Positions 42,515-49,946 of a stretch of DNA of 64,000 bases are shown here, in pieces. The notes under the pieces are model-generated. The model was not told where the DNA came from and did not search any database. It saw nothing but the letters and a program-made list of their open reading frames with translations. Each line of letters opens with the position of its first letter. Position 1 is the stretch's first letter. The position numbers and the translations under genes are program-made. Source of the stretch: an uncultured Parachlamydiaceae bacterium (GTDB taxonomy: Bacteria; Chlamydiota; Chlamydiia; Chlamydiales; Parachlamydiaceae); the NCBI GenBank assembly GCA_963780445.1, contig CAWACC010000008.1:12523-76522 (forward strand), given 5' to 3'.

Positions 42515-43027
42515 ATGGAAACTAGGTTATTGGTCATTAAAACCCATCTTAAACCAGCTATAAAAAGGACAGCCTTAGTCAGAGGTACTTTGCTGGGTGG
42601 ACTGGGAGCTGTTATTATGGTTTTAGGCGGAATATATATTCCTCTCAATTCACTTGCAGTATGGGGCCTTCCGCTATTTCTGGCGGGTTTCGGTCTGATC
42701 ACCCTAGGCCTTCTCCCCTATCGAAAACTGTTGCGGCAAGAACAGCAGCCCTGTGAACTGCATCTTTATGAGGCCAGGCTGTTATTTATACACAAAAGGA
42801 TTCTTCTCACCTTGCCTCTGGCCAGTATAGAAAAAATGGAATTTCAAACCCTTCGAAACATGGAAGGTATTACTGTATATCTTAAAAATCCTGTACCAGA
42901 GAAAATAGTGCTTCACAGGCAGCGGCTTTCTGCAAAGCAATTGTATTATTTTAAAAACGCCCTATTTTTCCCTAATTTCAGCCATAGATCTTACGAAGAA
43001 TTAATGAAAGGGACCAAAGGGACATAA
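42515..43027 (+). CDS. Hypothetical membrane protein
   Basis: About 170 aa with two N-terminal TM helices. The C-terminal MKGTKGT* is encoded by a family-B repeat. Start placed at the first ATG; the track uses a TTG at 42509. Confidence 0.45.
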   Translation: METRLLVIKTHLKPAIKRTALVRGTLLGGLGAVIMVLGGIYIPLNSLAVWGLPLFLAGFGLITLGLLPYRKLLRQEQQPCELHLYEARLLFIHKRILLTLPLASIEKMEFQTLRNMEGITVYLKNPVPEKIVLHRQRLSAKQLYYFKNALFFPNFSHRSYEELMKGTKGT

Positions 43028-43051
43028 ATTTGTTGTCCCTTAGGTCCCTTT
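43007..43051. repeat. Family-B hairpin between convergent genes
   Basis: AAAGGGACCAAAGGGACATAAATTTGTTGTCCCTTAGGTCCCTTT fills the whole convergent spacer, in a bidirectional-terminator-like position. Confidence 0.85.
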
Positions 43052-43052
43052 C

Positions 43053-44021
43053 TTAGAGGCCTGACTGAAGGATATCATGCAGTTTTATGACCCCTGCAAC
43101 AGTATCGGCTTCATCGACGACTGCCAGAACGGTGATCGGATGTTTGGGATCAGCTTCCATTTTTTGCAGAGCCGTCCAGGCCAATTCTTCCGGGCGGATG
43201 GTCCTTGGAGTCAGGGTCATAATTTCTTTCATTTTTATTTCCAGGGCGTTCGAGCCTATTTTCTGCAGTGTCCTTCGCAAGTCCCCATCGGTAAAGATGC
43301 CTAGGAGTTTCCGATTGTGGTCCACAACCAGAACACAGCCGCAGCGTTTGTTTGAAAGTTCGACCAGCGTATCAACAAGAGTGTCCTCAGGCCCGCACAA
43401 AGGGATGGCAGAACCTGTAAGCATCAAGTCTATTACTTTCATCACCAGACGCCGTCCGATCCGTCCGGAAGGATGGTTCATGGCGTATTGGTCTTGGGAA
43501 AACTGCTTGATCTCCATCAAGGATATCGCCAATATATCTCCTATGATCATTTGCATTACGGTGGAAGTGGTTGGAGCCAGGTTATAGGGGCAAATTTCCC
43601 TGTCGGTCGGAATAGTTAACACAAAATTGCTGGCCTTGGCCAGCCGGCTTTCCGGATTGGATACAATAGATAGGATCTTAACCCCTTTATTGCGAAGAAA
43701 AGGCACCAGATGCAACAGTTCATCGCTTTCGCCGCTTTTGCTGATTAGAATAATCATATCGTTTTCTGTCACAATCCCGATGTCGCCATGCAAAGCGTTT
43801 ATCGGAGAGACGAATAGAGACCTAGTGCCTGTAGAAGTCAGTGTGACAGATATTTTCTCGGCGACCAGTCCGCTTTTTCCAATCCCTGACAAGAGAATGA
43901 TGCCCCGGCACTCCCGAAGGATACCGATCATTTTTTCCAACTGCACGAGATCCAATTTCTCAAAAAAATGATTTAAATAATTGCGCTCGTTGACCCATAG
44001 CCTTTCTATGACATCTTGCAT
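43053..44021 (-). CDS. kdsD: Arabinose-5-phosphate isomerase (KdsD/KpsF; SIS + tandem CBS domains)
   Basis: 322 aa with an SIS domain (LLSGIGKSGLVAEKISVTLTSTG) and two C-terminal CBS domains. This is the Kdo pathway enzyme expected in Chlamydiae. Confidence 0.85.
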   Translation of the reverse strand: MQDVIERLWVNERNYLNHFFEKLDLVQLEKMIGILRECRGIILLSGIGKSGLVAEKISVTLTSTGTRSLFVSPINALHGDIGIVTENDMIILISKSGESDELLHLVPFLRNKGVKILSIVSNPESRLAKASNFVLTIPTDREICPYNLAPTTSTVMQMIIGDILAISLMEIKQFSQDQYAMNHPSGRIGRRLVMKVIDLMLTGSAIPLCGPEDTLVDTLVELSNKRCGCVLVVDHNRKLLGIFTDGDLRRTLQKIGSNALEIKMKEIMTLTPRTIRPEELAWTALQKMEADPKHPITVLAVVDEADTVAGVIKLHDILQSGL

Positions 44022-44122
44022 ACAGAAAACCTTTCCAAATTTAAAAAAACAGTAATTTCTAAATGGATTTTAATTGATATCTTCATTACTCTCAAGCTTG
44101 TTTTTGTACTTTGAGGTAAAAC

Positions 44123-45577
44123 ATGAATATTAAAAAAATTCCTATAACCATTGCTGAAGGAGATGGCATTGGCCCAGAAATTATGAACGCAACTTTGTTG
44201 ATTCTGGAAACTGCCAAAGCCCCGCTTGATATTCATCGCGTGGAAATAGGGGAAAAAGTGTATAAGCGAGGTGAAAAGACCGGCATTGAACCTGCGACAT
44301 GGGATGCGATCCGCCGGACAAAGGCTTTTTTAAAAGCTCCCATAACCACTCCGCAAGGAGGAGGATTCAAAAGCCTGAATGTGACTATCCGGACTTCTCT
44401 TGGGCTTTATGCCAATGTGAGGCCCTGTATTTCTTACAGCCCCTTTGTGGAATCAAGGCATCCCAAAATGAATGTCGTCGTCGTAAGGGAAAACGAGGAG
44501 GACCTCTATACAGGCATAGAATACCGCCAGACACCGGATACCTACCACGCCTTGAAAATCATCACCAGGCCAGGATGTGAAAAGATCGTCCGTTATGCGT
44601 TTGAATATGCCAGGGCGAACAAAAGAAAAAAGGTGACCTGTTTTACAAAAGACAACATCTTAAAACTATCCGACGGGCTTTTTCACAAAATCTTTGACGA
44701 AATCGCAAAAGAGTACCCTGATCTGGAAAATGAACATTGGATTGTGGATATCGGCGCTGCCAAGCTGGCGGATACTCCCGAAGTCTTTGATGTGATCGTC
44801 ATGCCCAATTTATATGGAGATATCCTCTCCGATGTGGCCGCCCAGATTGCCGGCTCTGTGGGACTGGCCGGATCGGCCAACATTGGAGAACACGGGGCCA
44901 TGTTTGAAGCCATTCATGGATCAGCTCCCAGGCGGGCAGGGCAGAACCTGGCAAATCCCTCGGGACTCCTGCTGGCGGCAGTACAAATGCTGGTACATTT
45001 GGGACTTGCTGAAACAGGGACTCTAATCCACAATGCCTGGTTGAAAACCTTGGAAGATGGCATTCATACCTATGATATTTTCAAACCCAATACAAGCAAG
45101 GAAAAGGTAGGCACAAAAGAATTTGCGAAAGCTGTAGCTGCCCGATTGGGCCAAATCCCGCATACGCTCAAGGCGGTTCATTATGCCGCACCTAACATGA
45201 GCAAACACACACCTTCGCAGCCATCTTCCCAAGCTCCAAAGATAACAAAGGAACTTGTTGGCATCGACGTTTTTATTGAATCTCATGGAGATGTAGAATC
45301 CCTGCAAAAAAAATTGTCCTCCCTGAAAAACAAGGATTTCAAACTCACGATGATCAGCAACCGCGGAGTGCGCGTATGGCCGGAAAAGATGCCTGAGACC
45401 TCCTGCAGCGATACCTGGAGGTGTCGTTTCATGAAGAAAGAAAACAAACTCCATTTAAAGCAGTTAGCGGAGCTTATTCAAAATCTGGCAGATGCCCAAG
45501 TGGATTTTGTCAAAACAGAACATCTGTACACTTTTGATGGAGTGCCGGGGTATACGGTAGCCCAAGATGAACAATAA
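44123..45577 (+). CDS. icd: Isocitrate dehydrogenase (isocitrate/isopropylmalate DH family, long form with a C-terminal extension of about 130 aa)
   Basis: 484 aa with the family signature NLYGDILSDVAAQIAGSVGLAGSANIG. The stop codon TAA is the first base triplet of the family-B repeat (TAAGGGAC). Confidence 0.8.
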   Translation: MNIKKIPITIAEGDGIGPEIMNATLLILETAKAPLDIHRVEIGEKVYKRGEKTGIEPATWDAIRRTKAFLKAPITTPQGGGFKSLNVTIRTSLGLYANVRPCISYSPFVESRHPKMNVVVVRENEEDLYTGIEYRQTPDTYHALKIITRPGCEKIVRYAFEYARANKRKKVTCFTKDNILKLSDGLFHKIFDEIAKEYPDLENEHWIVDIGAAKLADTPEVFDVIVMPNLYGDILSDVAAQIAGSVGLAGSANIGEHGAMFEAIHGSAPRRAGQNLANPSGLLLAAVQMLVHLGLAETGTLIHNAWLKTLEDGIHTYDIFKPNTSKEKVGTKEFAKAVAARLGQIPHTLKAVHYAAPNMSKHTPSQPSSQAPKITKELVGIDVFIESHGDVESLQKKLSSLKNKDFKLTMISNRGVRVWPEKMPETSCSDTWRCRFMKKENKLHLKQLAELIQNLADAQVDFVKTEHLYTFDGVPGYTVAQDEQ

Positions 45578-45786
45578 GGGACTAAAGGGACCAAAGGAAC
45601 ATAAAGGTTTACCACTGAGCCAGTGAGATCACTGAGAATGTATGAGATAATTGAGAGGAGTCTGAAACATATGTTAAAAGACGGACTTAATAGTATAGGA
45701 GTTGAATCTAACTCGCCCTATCTCATACCTTCTCTGTGATCTCACTGGCTCAGTGGTAAACCATGTCTTTTATGTCCCGTCTTTCA
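45575..45786. repeat. Composite element: family-A copy 4 (45608-45760) nested between family-B arms
   Basis: TAAGGGACTAAAGGGACCAAAGGAACATAAAGG | TTTACCACTGAGCCAGTGAGATCACTGAGAATGTATGAGATAATTGAGAGGAGTCTGAAACATATGT ... CTCACTGGCTCAGTGGTAAACC | ATGTCTTTTATGTCCCGTCTTTC. Confidence 0.9.
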
Positions 45787-46449
45787 TTGCTTTTCAACCT
45801 CGAATTTTTTGAATAATTCCCTGATGGCATTCCCTCGATCATTATCAAATTCATCCGATTTTATTATTCTTGCTATCGTGATTGTATCATAATCGATTTT
45901 TGCATTCATATCTGCTCCACTTTTCAGCAAAAATTCAATGATAGAAAGAGGCATAGACCTATTATATATATAATTAAGACATGCCGCAAGAAGAGGTGTC
46001 ACTCTACAATAAGTACGAGTATGTCCGCGTTTACAGTTCAAACTTTGCGGAATTAGCCTCACGATATCTTTGATATCCTTTTCGGTTTCTTGAGTATATG
46101 CCTTAATGGAATGATCGCCAAATGGGAGATTCCATCCGGTAAAAACAGCATCGAGAAGATGAGGATTTACATCACCGTCTTGTTCTCCATATTGCTCATA
46201 ATATTCGTTATATACAGAATATTTATTTACAAGCTCGTGGATTCTTTTTAGATCTTTCATTTTTTCAGAAAATACTACTGATGTTTCTTTGTTAATTTTG
46301 GCAATGTTGTTTATTGTGTTGGCATAATTTTTTATTTTGCAACTTGTAATCATTGTTGGTTGATCAAGAATGGCAATTTTTAAAATAATTGAATTGACCT
46401 CTGAAGGCAATTCTGGAAATAAGGGAAATGATAAATTTAAGTTGGACAT
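45784..46449 (-). CDS. F-box-like / ankyrin-repeat protein (paralog family 2, copy 1)
   Basis: 221 aa with N-terminus MSNLNLSFPLFPELPSEVNSIILK (tentative F-box-like LPxE...IL motif) and a C-terminal ANK-like segment TPLLAACLNY...IIEFLLKSGADMNAKI. One of three tandem paralogs. Confidence 0.6.
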   Translation of the reverse strand: MSNLNLSFPLFPELPSEVNSIILKIAILDQPTMITSCKIKNYANTINNIAKINKETSVVFSEKMKDLKRIHELVNKYSVYNEYYEQYGEQDGDVNPHLLDAVFTGWNLPFGDHSIKAYTQETEKDIKDIVRLIPQSLNCKRGHTRTYCRVTPLLAACLNYIYNRSMPLSIIEFLLKSGADMNAKIDYDTITIARIIKSDEFDNDRGNAIRELFKKFEVEKQ

Positions 46450-46551
46450 GATGTCTCCTATTATATTAGATTTTTGAACACGATTTTATTGAGGCATATG
46501 CCCGAGGTATTCCTCGAAAATTTTTTGAGCTAATTCTAACCGGGCCTTCTC

Positions 46552-47229
46552 CTAAATTTTTTCAAACTCGTATTTTTTGAATAATTCCCTGATGGCATGC
46601 CCTCGATCTGTATCAAATTCATCCGATTTTATCATTCTTGCTATCGAGATTGCACTACCATATTTACCAGAATCGATTTTTGCATTCATATCTGCTCCAC
46701 TTTTCAGCAAAAATTCAATGATAGAAAGAGGCCTAGGCGCATGATATTTATAATTAAGACATGCCGCAAAAAGGGGCGTCACTTTTTGACACATACGAGT
46801 ATATCCATGTTTACAGTTCAAACTCTGAGGAGTTAACCTCACGATATCTTTAATATCATTTTCGGTTTCTTGAGTATATTCCTGAATCGAATGATCGCCA
46901 AATGGGAGATTCCATCCGGTTAAAACAGCATCGAGAAGATGCGGATTTACATCACCGTCTTCTTCTCCATATTGCTCATAATCTCTGTTATATATAGTAT
47001 ATTTATTTACAAGTTCGCGAATTCTTTTTAAATCTTTCATTTTTTCAGAAAGCACTTCGAAGGTTGTTTTGTTAATCGAAGCAATGTTGTTTATTTTGTT
47101 GGCATAATCTTTTATTTTGCCACTTGTAATTATTGTTGGTTGATCAAGAATGACATTTTTTAAAATAATTGAATTGACCTCTGAAGGCAATTCTGGAAAT
47201 AAGGGAAATGATAAATTTAAGTTGGACAT
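46552..47229 (-). CDS. F-box-like / ankyrin-repeat protein (paralog family 2, copy 2)
   Basis: 225 aa, nearly identical at the N-terminus to copies 1 and 3. It ends at a TAG where copy 3 has TGG (Trp). Confidence 0.6.
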   Translation of the reverse strand: MSNLNLSFPLFPELPSEVNSIILKNVILDQPTIITSGKIKDYANKINNIASINKTTFEVLSEKMKDLKRIRELVNKYTIYNRDYEQYGEEDGDVNPHLLDAVLTGWNLPFGDHSIQEYTQETENDIKDIVRLTPQSLNCKHGYTRMCQKVTPLFAACLNYKYHAPRPLSIIEFLLKSGADMNAKIDSGKYGSAISIARMIKSDEFDTDRGHAIRELFKKYEFEKI

Positions 47230-47253
47230 GATGTCTCCTATTATATTAGATTT

Positions 47254-47315
47254 ACACGATGTGCGAGTTTGTCTTGCAGCCTTTCCAGGCTGTCAAGAAA
47301 AACTCGCACGCCGCG
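47254..47315. mobile_element. 62-bp palindromic (MITE-like) insertion flanked by an 8-bp direct duplication TTAGATTT
   Basis: The paralogous spacer at 46466-46480 reads TATTAGATTTTTGAACACG without interruption. Here the spacer reads TATTAGATTT[ACACGATGTGCGAGTTTGTCTTGCAGCCTTTCCAGGCTGTCAAGAAAAACTCGCACGCCGCG]TTAGATTTTTGAACACG. The insert folds as a long hairpin (GTGCGAGTTT.../...AAACTCGCAC). Confidence 0.6.
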
Positions 47316-47335
47316 TTAGATTTTTGAACACGATT

Positions 47336-48106
47336 TTATTGAGGCATAAGCCTGAGGTATTCCTCGAAAATTTTTTGAGCTAATTCTGGAGGTATTTCCG
47401 AAAGGATGGATTGCGGATCTTTCTTTTGTGCCAGAAATAGGAACCGGGCCTTTTCCCAAATTTTTTCAAACTTATATTTTTGGAGCAATTCCAAAATAGC
47501 ATGTTGTCGAGTGGCATCCATTTCTGTATAATTCTCTTCTACTAAGTAAGATGCAGATTCCTTCCCGGCGCAGGTTGCATAAAGATTCGCTCCACTTTTC
47601 AGCAAAAATTCAACGATGGAAACAGGTATTTTTTCGTTGATACATGCAACAATCAAAGGAGGAGTTTTAATGGTGAGACGCGTTTGTCCCTCATTACAAT
47701 TCAAACTTTGAGGAGTAAGCCTGACTATATCTTTGATATCCTTTTCGGTTTCTTGAGTATAAACCCCAATGGAATGTTTGCCACCAGGTAAATCCCATCC
47801 GGTAAAAACAGCATCGAGAAGATGGTGATTTATGAAACGGTCTCCAAATAGCTCATAACATTCGTTATATACAGTATATTTATTTATAAGTTCGTGGATT
47901 CTTTTTAGATCTTTCATTTTTTCAGAAAAGACTTCTGAGGTTTCTCTGTTAATCTTGGCAATGTTGTTAATTTTAATGGCACAATCTTTTATATTTTTAC
48001 TTGTAAATATTGTCGGTTGATCGAAAATGACATTTTTTAAAATAATTGAATTGACCTCTGAAGGCAAATCTGGAAATAAAGGAATTGATAAATTTAAGTT
48101 TGACAT
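47336..48106 (-). CDS. F-box-like / ankyrin-repeat protein (paralog family 2, copy 3, with a C-terminal extension)
   Basis: Start reassigned to MSNLNLSIPLFPDLPSEV to match its paralogs (the track ORF starts 22 codons upstream). It has an extra C-terminal tail ...KIWEKARFLFLAQKKDPQSILSEIPPELAQKIFEEYLRLMPQ containing a second F-box-like LxxIPPELxxKIF motif. Confidence 0.6.
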   Translation of the reverse strand: MSNLNLSIPLFPDLPSEVNSIILKNVIFDQPTIFTSKNIKDCAIKINNIAKINRETSEVFSEKMKDLKRIHELINKYTVYNECYELFGDRFINHHLLDAVFTGWDLPGGKHSIGVYTQETEKDIKDIVRLTPQSLNCNEGQTRLTIKTPPLIVACINEKIPVSIVEFLLKSGANLYATCAGKESASYLVEENYTEMDATRQHAILELLQKYKFEKIWEKARFLFLAQKKDPQSILSEIPPELAQKIFEEYLRLMPQ

Positions 48107-48250
48107 AACGTCTCCTGTTTCTATATTTTTGAATACGATATTAAATTTATAATAAATAAAAATAATCGTCAAGTATAAAAAAACATATATAAAAAAACGA
48201 TATTATGGTATGATTAGTTTTGCCTTTAATATTAAAGTTAAGGAGACAAC

Positions 48251-49711
48251 ATGAATCAAAATGTTTTTATAAGTAAATTTAATTCACTTAATCAGGCAGT
48301 TGATAGTGGTGAAATAATAAAAATTGCTAAAAATGGCGAATTAAAACACAAATGTGTGTCCGGGAATTTTTTCGAAAGACTCCGTGGACGCGTGGTCCGT
48401 GTTATTAAAGAAATATCGAGTTTTCTGACTGGAGAAGATTTACTGGCCAATGTCCGTATTAAAAACATAGCGCAGAAAACTTTTGATCTATGTAATAAAT
48501 ACTCTGAAGAACATAACGTGTCCTTAAGCCAACAAGAAGCTGATTCGGCTATTAAATTTTTGGAAAAGCTAAAAAATAAAGCCAAATCTGATATCTCAAA
48601 ACTGAATGTGGATATTTGTGTATTAAAGATACAGGCTCTTATGCTACAGCAAATTAACAATGAAGCGAACAAAACCCCTCCACCCGTGAGGCCGCAATTG
48701 CCGGATAACTTGCCTTCATTTGGCAGCACTACAAAAACAATTATATCTGATACTGCTGCAGCAAATACACCCACAATTACCACGACGACGACAACTCCAG
48801 CAACGCCAATAATTCCTACCCCCATCCCAACCCCACCCCCAACAGGAGCTATGCTACCCCCACCGCCTCCCCCTATGGGAATGCTATCTTCAAAAACCAC
48901 ATTGACACCTGAACAACAATGGAAACATGACCAAGAGACCAAGTTAAAAAGGAATCAACTGGAAAGGGCCAATCCAAACGCGTTTTACTGCCAGATACCC
49001 GTGGATGCCTTAACTAAAAGCCTGTTAACTGAACACTTGAATACACTCGGTTTCCTCAAAATAAATTCAAATCTCAACAAAGAAGAAAAAAAATATCTGG
49101 AAGAAAAGGAAAAAGAACTCAAATCCCGAATGGAATCCCGAAAAGAACCGATGAGCCAAAACAGCTCTGATTTTAAATACCAACTTTCTAGACTGACGAA
49201 TGAAGAACTTTCCATATTGATAGCCATATATTTCTCTACCCTAGAGAAAAAGGAAGAGAATTCCATCTATAACGAATTTAAATATCTGGTGGAAGGGAGT
49301 TTGAATAATTCGCCTGCATTGCTGTCAGGGCCGATAGGCCAACTTTTTATGGCAAATAAAACGCAATGGATTGAATTGTTAACTAGCAGTGGCGGCTGTT
49401 TAAGCGCTTTTCTCAAACTGTTAGAGGCAAGAATGAAAGGAACCATCCAGGAGCCGCAATATAAAGCCCAACCCTACGACCCCGCGAAGGTACGTCGCCA
49501 GGAAAAAGAGAAAACTCTACCTAACAATACTGCAACAACTGAAGGAAAACCAGAAATAAAGGATGAAATCATCCATCATAAGCCTTTGCATCATGTGGAT
49601 AAACAAGCGCAAGATCCAGTAGAAAAAACCCCTGAAGAAAATGAAGTCGAACGGATAAGAAGACTAATTAAAGAGCAAAACAAACGCGCCAACGGAAAAC
49701 CAAACGGCTAA
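48251..49711 (+). CDS. Proline/threonine-rich hypothetical protein (candidate effector)
   Basis: 486 aa. The central tract is TPPPVRPQLPDNLP...TPTITTTTTTPATPIIPTPIPTPPPTGAMLPPPPPPMGML, and the flanks are charged and helical. No enzymatic motif recognised. Confidence 0.5.
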   Translation: MNQNVFISKFNSLNQAVDSGEIIKIAKNGELKHKCVSGNFFERLRGRVVRVIKEISSFLTGEDLLANVRIKNIAQKTFDLCNKYSEEHNVSLSQQEADSAIKFLEKLKNKAKSDISKLNVDICVLKIQALMLQQINNEANKTPPPVRPQLPDNLPSFGSTTKTIISDTAAANTPTITTTTTTPATPIIPTPIPTPPPTGAMLPPPPPPMGMLSSKTTLTPEQQWKHDQETKLKRNQLERANPNAFYCQIPVDALTKSLLTEHLNTLGFLKINSNLNKEEKKYLEEKEKELKSRMESRKEPMSQNSSDFKYQLSRLTNEELSILIAIYFSTLEKKEENSIYNEFKYLVEGSLNNSPALLSGPIGQLFMANKTQWIELLTSSGGCLSAFLKLLEARMKGTIQEPQYKAQPYDPAKVRRQEKEKTLPNNTATTEGKPEIKDEIIHHKPLHHVDKQAQDPVEKTPEENEVERIRRLIKEQNKRANGKPNG

Positions 49712-49715
49712 AAGT

Positions 49716-49903
49716 AAAAGGGACCAAAGGGACATAGTTTACCACTGAGCCACTGAGATCACTGAGAAGGTATGAGATAATTGAGAGGAGTCTGAAACAT
49801 ATGTCAAAAAGACAGACTAAAACAGAGCCTAACCCTCTCTATCTCATACCTTCTCAGTGATCTCAGTGGCTCAGTGGTAAATTATATCCCTCTGGTCCCT
49901 TAT
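49716..49903. repeat. Composite element: family-A copy 5 (49738-49882) nested between family-B arms
   Basis: AAAAGGGACCAAAGGGACATAG | TTTACCACTGAGCCACTGAGATCACTGAGAAGGTATGAGATAATTGAGAGGAGTCTGAAACATATGT ... CAGTGATCTCAGTGGCTCAGTGGTAAATT | ATATCCCTCTGGTCCCTTAT. Same orientation and core as copy 4. Confidence 0.9.
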
Positions 49904-49946
49904 TTTTTTCTTTTCAATATCATCTTCTCTTTTATATAATGTGACC

